Numbered from the stretch's first letter, positions 14,858 through 23,417 are shown. The stretch: DNA of 31,872 nt from Methanobacteriota archaeon (GCA_052387135.1 JBQTJL010000389.1:1-31872); one strand, 5' to 3'. The notes: generated by a model not told the origin, from the sequence alone. Program-made: numbers and translations.

Positions 14858-15361
14858 GTGACCTCGGGATTGGATGGGATCGATCGCCGGATCCTCGCGA
14901 TCTTGGCGAACGAAGGCCGGGCGACGCTACAGGCGATCTCGGAGAAGGTCGGCCTGCGGCGCCCTTCCGTTCACGAACGGGTACGTAAGCTCGAAGCCGC
15001 GGGCGTGATCCGCGGCTACCGCGCCGAGCTTTCGCCGGACGCGGTCGGAGCCGGGCTCCTCGCGTTCGTCCTACTTTCCGCGGAGCGGCGCGGCGGCGAG
15101 GACTGCATGAGCTGCTGCGAGCGCGTCTCGGACGCCCTCCGGAAGGTGCCCGAGGTCCTCGAGGTCCACACGGTCGCGGGCGCAAACGACCTTCTCGTGA
15201 AGCTTCGAGCGCGGGACATCCGCGCGCTCGAAGAGGTCGTGCTCCGGAAGGTCTCGGGGGCGCCCGGCGTGGGCCGCGTCGAGACCCTGATCGTCATGTC
15301 GACCCAGATCGAACGCCCGCTCGTTCCGCCGCCGGAGCCCGCAAAGAAGGACCGGCGCTGA
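14858..15361 (+). CDS. Lrp/AsnC family transcriptional regulator with a CMSCC insertion
   Basis: HTH LDGIDRRILAIL-GRAT-ISEKVGL-SVHERVRKLEAAGVIRGY and RAM domain PEVLEVHTVAG-DLLVKL-VETLIVM. The start is uncertain (TTG 14849, GTG 14858 or TTG 14870). Confidence 0.92.
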   Translation: MTSGLDGIDRRILAILANEGRATLQAISEKVGLRRPSVHERVRKLEAAGVIRGYRAELSPDAVGAGLLAFVLLSAERRGGEDCMSCCERVSDALRKVPEVLEVHTVAGANDLLVKLRARDIRALEEVVLRKVSGAPGVGRVETLIVMSTQIERPLVPPPEPAKKDRR

Positions 15362-15367
15362 TCCGGT

Positions 15368-18343
15368 CTACGGCAGCTTCGCCTTCAGCGTCTCGAGGTC
15401 CGCGAAGGTCGGTCCGAGCGAGATGCAGCGCGGGGGGCATTCGAGCGCCGCGGCGACAACGAGCTTCTCGTAGCCCTTCCAGCCGTCGGGGTCCGCGACG
15501 TACGCCTTGCCGCCCGAGGCCTCCGCGAACACCATCGGGGCCTTCGTGTAGCAGATCGCGCACGAGATGCAGCGCGGCTGATCGACGACCGGCTTCAGGG
15601 CGACCCCCGGCGCGGGCTTCCCGGGCGGAGGGATCGGGACCGCGCGGGCCGGCGCGCCCGCGGCGGCGGTCGCCGGCGCCTCGACGGCCATCGTCTTTGC
15701 GACAAGATCGGCAAGGTCGACCACGTCGACGCCGCACTTTGCCAAGGCCTGCGAGCAGTCCGGGCACGAGGTCACGATCGCCTGCGCCCCTTTCTTCTTC
15801 GCTTCCGCGCCGACGGCCGCGGCAAGCTCCTTTGCGCCTTCGGCGTCCGCCGCGCGGAACGCCGCGTCCGCCCCGCACGCCCATGCGTCGAGCGGGGGAA
15901 GGACCGTGAGCCCGGGGATCGACTTGAGCAGCGCCTCCGCGTCCTTGTCGATCTCGGCTCCGTGGGGGACGTGGCAGGCGGGGTGATACACGATCTTCCG
16001 AGCTTCTCCGCCGGCGAACGAGAGCCGCTTCTCGTCCACGAGCTTCTTTGCGACGTTCGCAAAATGAAGGGCCGAATGGTTCCATCCCGGGTCCGAGCCG
16101 CGAAGGAGCGCGGCATAGTCGTATTTCAGGGCCTCGTAGGCGCCCGCGGTGAGGCAGACGACGGTCGCCCCGGCGCCGGCGGCCTTCGCGACGGCGTCCG
16201 CGTTCGCGACCGCCGCGGCGACGGCCTCGGGCGCTTGTCCGGCGGCAAGCAGCGCGTCCCCGCTGCACTGTTCCTTGTCGCCAAGGTGCGTGAACGCGAA
16301 CTTGCCGTTCGCGAGGACCGAGGCCGCGGCCTGGACGGCCCCGGGGCGCTCGTACGCCGCGGTGCAGTCGGCAAAGAGCACCGCCTTTGCGGCCGGGTTC
16401 GTCGCGACCCCCGCGGCCCACTTCGCCCGGTCCGCCTTCGGCTTCCCGAGGTGGTTCCCGTTCTTCTTCGCGCCGTCCCCGAGCGCGGCGTGCTCTGCGA
16501 GCGCGAGCCCTTCCGCGTCGATCTCGGCGCGAAGGGCCTGCACGATCTTCGTCTTCGGGACGGCGTTCGGGCATCGCTCTTCGGCCCGGCGCAGGAACGC
16601 CGCGCGCCGGAGCCGCCCCGCAAGCTCGCGGGACGGCCGGCCTTCGCCCAAGAGGATCGCGCGGGCGGCACCCATCCAGCCCCGCGGCGCATCCGCCGCC
16701 ACGGTCCGGCTCGCCGTCGGGGCGTTTGCGTCGCAGGAGGAGCAGCCGAGGGCGGCGAACACCGCGTCCGAGTGCTCGGCGAGCCGGCCGCCGGTGACCC
16801 GCCCCAGCGCGTAGTAGAGCGCCGGGGTCGCGGGCTGGCCGTTGTGCGCGCGGTCGTGCGGGCTCGCGCGGGCGCCGCCCTTGAGGATCGGCGCGGAGAG
16901 TTTCATCACGAGGCTGAACGGGACGGGGGGCGCGCCCTTCACGGAGGCCGGCGTGACCTTTCCCGGATTGAATATCGAGGACCCGTCGACGTCCTTCTTG
17001 AACACCATCACGCGCTCGAACCGGTCCTTCCCGAGCACCGACTCCGCCTCGTGGGAGAACTCGAGCCCGACCGACGCGGGGCGCCCGCCGAGCGGCCGCA
17101 CCGTGTCGAGGAGCGCAAGGCCCAGGCCGACCGCGACCGGGTACGAGCCGCGGCGCTCGTCCTCGGGGACGTACGCGGTGATCGCGGCCTCCCGCTTCGA
17201 GACGAGGGTCGCCACGAACCCGACGTCCTCGTTCGGGATCGCGCGGGCGGCGGCTTCGAGCGCTTCGCCCACGGACTCGACGGGGACCCGCACCTCGGCC
17301 ATGAAGAGCGTGGGCCCGAGGCGCTGGATCTCCCGGGCGCGGGCGCGGAGCGACCATTCCTTGTCCGCGACCTTCGCGTCCTGCGCTTTTCCCCCGAGCC
17401 GCACCATCGCCTGGTCGAGCTCGGTGCGCCGGCTCTCGTCGGAGCGCGCGAGCACCACAAGGAGCGCGAACTTCTCCGCGGGCGCGCCCTTCACCTTGGT
17501 CGCCTCGTCCCGGATCGCGAGGAACCCCGGCGTCGCGAGGGTCGCGCTCCACGCGGGAAGGAGCTTGCCCACGTAGTTTGCCGCCTGCGCGGCCTTCTGG
17601 ACGTCGTCGAAGGTGTAGAGGAGCGGAAGCACCGGCTCGTTCTTGCGGACCTTCAGCGTGACCTCGGTGATGAAGCCGGTCGCGCCGCAGCATTCCGTGA
17701 CGAGGTCGAGGTCGGGGCCCGAGAACCGCCGGAGCTTCCCGTTCGGAAGGAGCATCTCGGCCGAGACGACGCTCGAACCGACCGGCCCGTGCGCGAGGCT
17801 GCCTACGCCGCCAAGGCCTTGCGCGAGCCAGCCGCCGAGCGTGCCGCCGGGGAACGAGCCCGGATACACGCGGAGCGCGAGGCCTTTCGCGTTCAGGGCC
17901 TCTTCGAGGTCGCCGAGGAGGATCCCGGCCTCGGCCGTGGCCGTCATCTCCTTTTCGTCGAACGCGAGGACCTTCGAGAGCGCCCGCATCGAGACGACGA
18001 CGCCGCCCTCGGTCGGGACCGCGCCGTTGAAGAAGCCGGTCCCCGCGCCGCGCGGGACGACCGGGATCAGCTGCTTTTCGGCGAACTTCACGATCTCGTA
18101 GAGGTCGCCCTTCGATTGCGGGAATAGGACCGCCTGCGCGCGCTTCTTCAGGAGCGCCTCGAGCGCGGCGGGCACCGGGACCGCGTCGACCGAGTGCGCT
18201 TCGCGCACCGCCGGGTCGAAGCTCACGCGGTCGCCGAAGACGTACGCCAATTCTTTCTTCGGACCGACCGGCATCTCCTCGACGAGCGGCGAATATCGAT
18301 CGAAGAGTTTCGACGAATTCATGATCGCGTCGAGAAGTCTCAT
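15368..18343 (-). CDS. FAD-linked oxidoreductase (GlcD/Dld-like) fused to degenerate Fe-S/CCG domains and a C-terminal ferredoxin
   Basis: FAD_binding_4 motifs VVPRGAGTG, GTLGGWLA, GATGFITEVTL; FAD-oxidase_C end DGSSIFNPGK; CCG-like FADC, YHPACH, VTSCPDC; ferredoxin CISCAIC...CPPRC. Start ATG 18343 lies about 28 nt below a TATA box. Confidence 0.85.
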   Translation of the reverse strand: MRLLDAIMNSSKLFDRYSPLVEEMPVGPKKELAYVFGDRVSFDPAVREAHSVDAVPVPAALEALLKKRAQAVLFPQSKGDLYEIVKFAEKQLIPVVPRGAGTGFFNGAVPTEGGVVVSMRALSKVLAFDEKEMTATAEAGILLGDLEEALNAKGLALRVYPGSFPGGTLGGWLAQGLGGVGSLAHGPVGSSVVSAEMLLPNGKLRRFSGPDLDLVTECCGATGFITEVTLKVRKNEPVLPLLYTFDDVQKAAQAANYVGKLLPAWSATLATPGFLAIRDEATKVKGAPAEKFALLVVLARSDESRRTELDQAMVRLGGKAQDAKVADKEWSLRARAREIQRLGPTLFMAEVRVPVESVGEALEAAARAIPNEDVGFVATLVSKREAAITAYVPEDERRGSYPVAVGLGLALLDTVRPLGGRPASVGLEFSHEAESVLGKDRFERVMVFKKDVDGSSIFNPGKVTPASVKGAPPVPFSLVMKLSAPILKGGARASPHDRAHNGQPATPALYYALGRVTGGRLAEHSDAVFAALGCSSCDANAPTASRTVAADAPRGWMGAARAILLGEGRPSRELAGRLRRAAFLRRAEERCPNAVPKTKIVQALRAEIDAEGLALAEHAALGDGAKKNGNHLGKPKADRAKWAAGVATNPAAKAVLFADCTAAYERPGAVQAAASVLANGKFAFTHLGDKEQCSGDALLAAGQAPEAVAAAVANADAVAKAAGAGATVVCLTAGAYEALKYDYAALLRGSDPGWNHSALHFANVAKKLVDEKRLSFAGGEARKIVYHPACHVPHGAEIDKDAEALLKSIPGLTVLPPLDAWACGADAAFRAADAEGAKELAAAVGAEAKKKGAQAIVTSCPDCSQALAKCGVDVVDLADLVAKTMAVEAPATAAAGAPARAVPIPPPGKPAPGVALKPVVDQPRCISCAICYTKAPMVFAEASGGKAYVADPDGWKGYEKLVVAAALECPPRCISLGPTFADLETLKAKLP

Positions 18344-18370
18344 GTCGGCTCGGGCGCGTAGCTTGCTCAA

Positions 18371-18397
18371 TTTATTTAAGCACGGTGTCTTTATATA
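18371..18397. promoter_or_regulatory. Back-to-back TATA boxes for the FAD oxidoreductase (minus) and the Rieske/cytochrome b operon (plus)
   Basis: Minus-strand TTAAATAA at 18379-18372; plus-strand TTTATATA at 18390-18397, 22 nt before GTG 18420. Confidence 0.72.
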
Positions 18398-18419
18398 TGG
18401 CAACCCTCATTCGCAGCGC

Positions 18420-19163
18420 GTGACCCGCACCGTCCTACTTGCGGTTTCGCTCCTTGTTCTCGCCGTTTCGCCGCTCGTTTTCGCCGCCGAGGAGCCAGCC
18501 GCCGGCGGCCCCGCCGCGACATGGCCCGGCACGCCGGAGGACGCGTGGAACGTGACGGTCGTGATGAAGGGGACCGCGTTCGTCCCCGGCACGATCGTCG
18601 TCCCGCCGGGCGCCACCATCACCTGGGTGAACCGCGACGGCCAGCCCCATGACGTCCAGGGGCCCGACTTCGACTCGGGCGAGCCCGCCGGCATGGACGA
18701 CGGCGCCACGTTCGCACACACGTTCGACAAGGCGGGGACCTTCGAATACTACTGCGAGATCCACACGAAGGGCGTCATGGCGGGCACGGTCATCGTTTCC
18801 GCCGACGGCGCACCGCCGGCCGGAGCGGGCGGCCACGAGGCGGATCCGAACGCGAGCGCGGTCGAGTCGGGCTTCGTCGAGATCACCAAGGTCGGCGTTG
18901 CGTATCTTGCGTACTGGATGGGCCTCCTCGCGTTTGTCGCCGTCATCGTGACGCTGGTGTTCCTGTTCTTCTTCTTGAAGTACGGCGAGACCCCGCACGC
19001 GGCGGACCAGACCGCGCGCGAGCCCGTCGCAGCCGGCGCCGGGGCCGTCCGGACCGGGGACCAGGCGGTCGACATGGGCGAGACGCTCTGGGCCGTGCTC
19101 CTCTCGATCCTCGCCTTGGCGCTCCTGTTCTTCCTCCTCGACCGGGTCGTCGGAGGCGGATAG
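18420..19163 (+). CDS. Membrane-anchored plastocyanin/halocyanin-like blue copper protein, probable electron acceptor of the Rieske/cyt b complex
   Basis: Signal peptide; Cu ligands H (PHDV) plus C-H-M in YYCEIHTKGVM; two C-terminal TM helices; first gene of the operon. Confidence 0.88.
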   Translation: MTRTVLLAVSLLVLAVSPLVFAAEEPAAGGPAATWPGTPEDAWNVTVVMKGTAFVPGTIVVPPGATITWVNRDGQPHDVQGPDFDSGEPAGMDDGATFAHTFDKAGTFEYYCEIHTKGVMAGTVIVSADGAPPAGAGGHEADPNASAVESGFVEITKVGVAYLAYWMGLLAFVAVIVTLVFLFFFLKYGETPHAADQTAREPVAAGAGAVRTGDQAVDMGETLWAVLLSILALALLFFLLDRVVGGG

Positions 19164-19469
19164 ATGCCGAAGGAGGTCCCGTGGGGGACCGTCACCCGGA
19201 ACGAACCCGCGCCCGAACCCCTGTCCGTCGCGGTCGCGATCGCGATCCTCACCGTCGCCGAGGTCGTCTTCGTCGGGCTCTTCCTCTACGGCATCGTCTC
19301 CGGCGCGAACTCGATCCTCGACCAGCAGATCATGGCGTTCTGGCTGGGCTCGGCTTTCTTGGTGTTGACGCTCATCCTCGTGCTCTACCGCCGGTACTTC
19401 CTCCCGGACGTGATGGTCGTGAAGCGCCGACGGGCAAAGTACGAAGATTTCCGTTGGACCTCCAGGTAG
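19164..19469 (+). CDS. Small two-TM membrane protein of the Rieske/cyt b operon
   Basis: Starts immediately after the upstream stop; two hydrophobic helices followed by the basic tail YRRYFLPDVMVVKRRRAKYE. Confidence 0.78.
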   Translation: MPKEVPWGTVTRNEPAPEPLSVAVAIAILTVAEVVFVGLFLYGIVSGANSILDQQIMAFWLGSAFLVLTLILVLYRRYFLPDVMVVKRRRAKYEDFRWTSR

Positions 19470-19473
19470 AACC

Positions 19474-20253
19474 ATGGGCCGCGAACCGGATCTCAACCTT
19501 CCGCCGCCGAAGCCCGGCGGGATCGACCGCCGCACCTTCGTGAAGGGCTGCATCGCCGCCGCGGGGATCGGCGCCTTGGGCGCCGGCCTTGCGCCGTTTG
19601 CGAACACGCTCTCGGCCCCGAAGAAGAAGGCGCGGGGGACGTTCACCTACGTCGGAACCCAGCTCAAACGCGGCCCCGCGCAGGTCGGCCTGCCGCTGAT
19701 CCCGATCACCGTGAACGAAGCGGGCGAGCTCGTCGGGATCCCGGACAAGCTCGCGTGGTACCGCTACTGCGGGCGGACGTGGCCGGGCCTTGACGACGGC
19801 GCGACCGAGGAGAACAAGTTCCACTTCTTCGTGAAGCGGAAGGCGAACGGCGACGCCCAGTTCCCGAACCTCTGGTACGTGCCGCTCGACCGGCAGGTGA
19901 TGACGCGGACCCTGTTCGAGAAGGTCGGCGACGGGGCGATCGCGTCGTGGCGCAGCGAGGGGCTCACCGGAAACGACGTGATGATCGCGTTCGTCGTGCG
20001 GATCGACCCGGACAAGTTCCAGTTCCCCGCGGCCCTGGAGCCGGAGCTTGCCGCGGTGATCAAGGAGAGCGGCTTCGTCGCCTTCAACGGCGCCTGCGTC
20101 CACGCGTGCTGCGTCCCGGGGTACAAGGAAGCGGACCTTGCCCGCACCGAGGCCGACGGCGCCTTCTGGGAATCCATCTACTGCACCTGCCACGGGTCCG
20201 TGTACGGCGTGCACGGCCTCGACATCTACAGCAGCGCCCTCCTACCCCCGTGA
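19474..20253 (+). CDS. petC: Rieske [2Fe-2S] protein (Tat-exported)
   Basis: Twin-arginine signal IDRRTFVK; box 1 CVHACC (20095-20112); box 2 CTCHGSVY (from 20182). The equivalent gene is called petA in haloarchaea. Confidence 0.9.
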   Translation: MGREPDLNLPPPKPGGIDRRTFVKGCIAAAGIGALGAGLAPFANTLSAPKKKARGTFTYVGTQLKRGPAQVGLPLIPITVNEAGELVGIPDKLAWYRYCGRTWPGLDDGATEENKFHFFVKRKANGDAQFPNLWYVPLDRQVMTRTLFEKVGDGAIASWRSEGLTGNDVMIAFVVRIDPDKFQFPAALEPELAAVIKESGFVAFNGACVHACCVPGYKEADLARTEADGAFWESIYCTCHGSVYGVHGLDIYSSALLPP

Positions 20254-20257
20254 GACC

Positions 20258-21073
20258 ATGGCCGCCCCCGAACTCGTCCGCGAAACGCCCGTGTCCCCGA
20301 AGCGGGCGCGGGAGCTTTCCGGGTCCGAGAAGCTGATGCTCACGACGTTCGCGTGGCTCGACGAGCGGTTCAAGCTCCGCGACTTTGTCCAGGAGGCGCG
20401 CGACTTCTATTACGGCCTGAACCTGCAGATGCCGAAGTCGCACACGGAGAAGTACAAGCTCCGGAGCATCTGGTACTGGTACCCGATGTATTCGCTGGGA
20501 AGCCTGTCGCTCATCGCCTTCGGCGTCGCGACCTTGACCGGCATCATCCTCGCGCTCTACTACGTGCCGTCGCTTGCGCCGGTCGAGGTCGGAGGCGAGG
20601 CCGCGACCGAGGCATGGCGGAGCATGGTGTACATCATGACCGAGGTCCCGTTCGGCTTCATGATCCGCGCCCTCCACTTCTGGAGCGCGATGATCATGGT
20701 CGCGGTCGTCTTCCTCCACATGATGCGGGTCTACTTCACGCAAGGCTACAAGAAGCCCCGCGAGCTCAATTGGGTCATCGGCGTCGTCCTCCTCATCCTC
20801 ACGCTGGGTCTCGGGTACACGGGATACATCCTCCCGTGGAGCCAGCTCTCGTACTGGGCCGGGACGATCGGCGTGAACATGGCGTCGTCCTCGCCGCCGC
20901 CGTTCCTCGGACAGTGGGCCGCCGGGCTCGTCTTCGGCGGCACCTCGATGACGCAGGCGACGCTCGTCCGGATGTACGTGTACCACGTCGTCCTTCTCCC
21001 CCTCCTCATCGTCGGAGCGATCGGGCTCCACCTTTTCATCGTCTGGATCCAGGGGATCGCGGAGCCCCATTAG
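20258..21073 (+). CDS. petB: Cytochrome b6-like subunit (split cytochrome b, N-terminal half)
   Basis: Four heme-ligand His (ALHFW, FLHMMR, VYHVV, GLHLF); KKPRELNWVIG; GYTGYILPWSQLSYWA. Start ATG 20258. Confidence 0.95.
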   Translation: MAAPELVRETPVSPKRARELSGSEKLMLTTFAWLDERFKLRDFVQEARDFYYGLNLQMPKSHTEKYKLRSIWYWYPMYSLGSLSLIAFGVATLTGIILALYYVPSLAPVEVGGEAATEAWRSMVYIMTEVPFGFMIRALHFWSAMIMVAVVFLHMMRVYFTQGYKKPRELNWVIGVVLLILTLGLGYTGYILPWSQLSYWAGTIGVNMASSSPPPFLGQWAAGLVFGGTSMTQATLVRMYVYHVVLLPLLIVGAIGLHLFIVWIQGIAEPH

Positions 21074-21093
21074 GCGAAGAGGAAAGAAGCAAG

Positions 21094-22383
21094 ATGGCAC
21101 TCGGAGAAGCGATCGGGGCGTACGTGGAACGGGCGCGCGAGCTCGACGCCGCGCGGCGCGCGAAGCGCACGTTCCGCAACGTCGAAGGGACGCCCTTCTG
21201 GCCGCACGAGGCGGTCCGCGACACCGCGATCATCGCGTTCTTCATGGCCGTGATGCTGTATTTCACCGCGATCCTGCCGTTCTTCCTCGAAGAGCCCGCG
21301 AGCCAGAACCAGCCCGCCGTCATCCTTCCGGACTGGTACCTCCTGTGGGCGTACGGGCAGCTGAAGATCGCGAAGAACGTCGAGTTCGACTTCGTCGCAC
21401 AGCCCGTCTCGGTCGGAGGCCCGATCAGCAAATCGCTGATCTTCTCACCCGTGGGCCTCCTCTACATGGGGGCCCTCGCGATCGGGCTCGGAGGCCTCGC
21501 CTACGCCCTCTGGAGCCTGAAGAAGCGGAAGGTCCTCCACGCGGTCGGCGGCGGCGTGGCGGGCGTCGGCGGCCTCCTTGTTCTCGCGTTCCGGCCCGAG
21601 ATCCACGCGGTCGCGCACGGGCTCTCGATCGGCTCGACGCACCCCCTCACGATGGGGCTTCCCCCGTACGTCCTCCTCTCGCTCCTTTTCGTGCTGGGCG
21701 GCGTGGGCCTCGCGATGAAGTCGCTCCAAGCGCAGGCGAAGCGCGGCGAGACCGGCATCCCCGGCGGCGTCTTCGGCGGCGCGTTCCTTTCCGCATTCGG
21801 TGTGGCATTCTACGCGTTCGGCCACTTCCTCGTCGCCCCCGGCCAATGGGAGCTCCACCCGCCGCCCGGCTCGACGATTTCCGCCTGGCTGTTCCTTCCA
21901 TGGGAAGTGCCGCCGATGTCGGGCCTCACGCTGGGGACGATCCTCAATGGCGTCTACGTCGTCCCGCTGATCCTCATCCCGTTCATCGACCCCGAACCGA
22001 AGGTCCAGCGGCCGGTCGAGCAGCCGTTCTGGACCGCGCTGGGGCTTGCCGCCTGCTGGTCCGTCTTCATGTTCTCGATCTACTCGGTCGACCTCCTCGT
22101 CTACGGCGAGTCGGCCGGCTGGAGCCGCAGCATCGTGCTCCCCGACTTCTTCGTGATCCCGATCCTCGACCTCTTAGGGTTCGGATACGAGGGCCTCGCC
22201 GAGATCGAGATCCTCGGCTCGCATCCGCTCCGGTGGATCTCCATCACGTATCCGGTCCTCGGCTGGGTCACTTGGGCTTCGCCGATCGTCGTCTTCTACC
22301 TCGTCTACTGGACGCTCGCCCACTTCAAGCGGAAGGGCGGCTACGAGGCGAACATCAACAAGACCTACTACAAGGTCCGGTGA
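21094..22383 (+). CDS. petD: Cytochrome b/b6 subunit IV-like protein, greatly enlarged (429 aa)
   Basis: PFWPHE, ILPDWY (PEWY variant), VPLILIPFID and RPVEQPFW. Start ATG 21094; the upstream ORF-track extension is off-frame petB. Confidence 0.88.
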   Translation: MALGEAIGAYVERARELDAARRAKRTFRNVEGTPFWPHEAVRDTAIIAFFMAVMLYFTAILPFFLEEPASQNQPAVILPDWYLLWAYGQLKIAKNVEFDFVAQPVSVGGPISKSLIFSPVGLLYMGALAIGLGGLAYALWSLKKRKVLHAVGGGVAGVGGLLVLAFRPEIHAVAHGLSIGSTHPLTMGLPPYVLLSLLFVLGGVGLAMKSLQAQAKRGETGIPGGVFGGAFLSAFGVAFYAFGHFLVAPGQWELHPPPGSTISAWLFLPWEVPPMSGLTLGTILNGVYVVPLILIPFIDPEPKVQRPVEQPFWTALGLAACWSVFMFSIYSVDLLVYGESAGWSRSIVLPDFFVIPILDLLGFGYEGLAEIEILGSHPLRWISITYPVLGWVTWASPIVVFYLVYWTLAHFKRKGGYEANINKTYYKVR

Positions 22384-22385
22384 GC

Positions 22386-22399
22386 CTTTCTCGCTTTTG
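22386..22399 (+). terminator. Pyrimidine/T-rich tract after petD, possible archaeal terminator
   Basis: cctttctcgctttt immediately follows the TGA. Confidence 0.35.
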
Positions 22400-22407
22400 A
22401 GATTTGC

Positions 22408-22668
22408 ATGAGCGAGAAAGGCTGGATCTTGTTCTATACGAAGAAGGGTTGCGCGCTCTGCGAAGAGGCGCGGGCGCTCCTTGCCGCGGACGTGGCGGCC
22501 GAAGGCGTCGAGGTGAAAGAGGTCTACATCGAAGGCGACCCAGACCTCGTGCGGCGGTACGGGAACGACGTGCCGGTCGCCGAGTACCGAGGGCGCGTGC
22601 TGTTCCGGTTGCGGTACGATGGCGAGGCCCTCCGCTCCGCCCTACGCCCCGCAAACCAAAAAGAATAA
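22408..22668 (+). CDS. Glutaredoxin-like protein (DUF836/NrdH-like)
   Basis: YTKKGCALCEEA (CxxC) and the YGNDVPV cis-Pro loop; 86 aa. Confidence 0.85.
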   Translation: MSEKGWILFYTKKGCALCEEARALLAADVAAEGVEVKEVYIEGDPDLVRRYGNDVPVAEYRGRVLFRLRYDGEALRSALRPANQKE

Positions 22669-22704
22669 GAGGCGTGCCGCAACGTATCCGCCGCAGGTGA
22701 TAGT

Positions 22705-23205
22705 ATGGGAGAGACCGAGTCGGCCGGGACCCTGCAGGTGTACCGGATCCAGTCGCTCACGGGCCTCTGGGCGCTCTTTACGATCTCGATCATCTACTTC
22801 CTATGGATCGTCCTCGTCGTCACCGAGGCGATCCGGGTCCGCCCGCTCGACTCCGTGACGGACGCCCAGTGGGTCCTCTCGGGGATCGTCGTCTTCCTCC
22901 TCGTGCTCCTTCTTGAGTTCCTGTACCTCCGGAAACGCGGCGTCGGGGCCGCCCAGCGTGCGGCCGCGGGCGTCGAGGTCGTCGCCGAGTCGCCGGTCCC
23001 GACCCGCGTCACGAAGGCCGGCATCCACGACGAGTACGTGACGACGAACGACCTCTATCAGGGGAAGCGCGTCCTCGAATACTCGAAGCCGCCGAAGTCC
23101 CAACACTCCGAAGCGGTCTACGCGAAGACGTATGTCGATGTCGGCGGCGGGCTCGCGCTTCGGGTCGAGGAGCTCGTCGCGGAGCCCTCGGGTCAACGGT
23201 TCTAG
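22705..23205 (+). CDS. Hypothetical membrane protein (2 TM plus soluble C-terminal domain)
   Basis: GGTGA SD-like motif upstream; two hydrophobic helices; natural amino-acid composition. No family recognised. Confidence 0.72.
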   Translation: MGETESAGTLQVYRIQSLTGLWALFTISIIYFLWIVLVVTEAIRVRPLDSVTDAQWVLSGIVVFLLVLLLEFLYLRKRGVGAAQRAAAGVEVVAESPVPTRVTKAGIHDEYVTTNDLYQGKRVLEYSKPPKSQHSEAVYAKTYVDVGGGLALRVEELVAEPSGQRF

Positions 23206-23244
23206 CGAGCCGGAAGCGAGGCGCACGACACGTCTTGCGCCTTC

Positions 23245-23286
23245 CCTCGTACCTCGTTCCTTGTACCTCGTTCCTCGTGTCTCGTG
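23245..23286 (+). repeat. Tandem heptamer array (CCTCGTN)x6, intergenic
   Basis: cctcgta, cctcgtt, ccttgta, cctcgtt, cctcgtg, tctcgtg; same unit as 2512-2581. Confidence 0.88.
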
Positions 23287-23417
23287 CCCCATTCCAGTCC
23301 CCGCTTGCGCGAGAACCGCGGCCCCGGCCGTCACGATTCCGGCAAGCGTTGGTGGGGTCCGGGAAACTATTTGTATCACGAACCGACAAGCTAGGGGCGC
23401 GCCGAGGTCGAGAGTGC

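Noticed and set aside
20200-20340. Frameshift restoring the Rieske C-terminus
   Set aside because: Neither alternative plus frame contains a GPAP/PL-like motif, and petB starts 4 nt after the stop.
20470-20510. Heme ci attachment site (b6f type)
   Set aside because: The equivalent position reads YSLGSL, with no Cys.
20353-21093. Fused petB-petD or 676-aa petD; likewise the long N-terminal extensions on trpD, EamA, PPIase, cupredoxin 2, nnrE and fixC in the ORF track
   Set aside because: The extensions are open off-frame readings of upstream genes; real starts are marked by stop/start overlaps or signal peptides.
22336-22350. GYEA at the petD C-terminus matching the EamA GYEA repeat
   Set aside because: A single four-residue match with different codons; chance.
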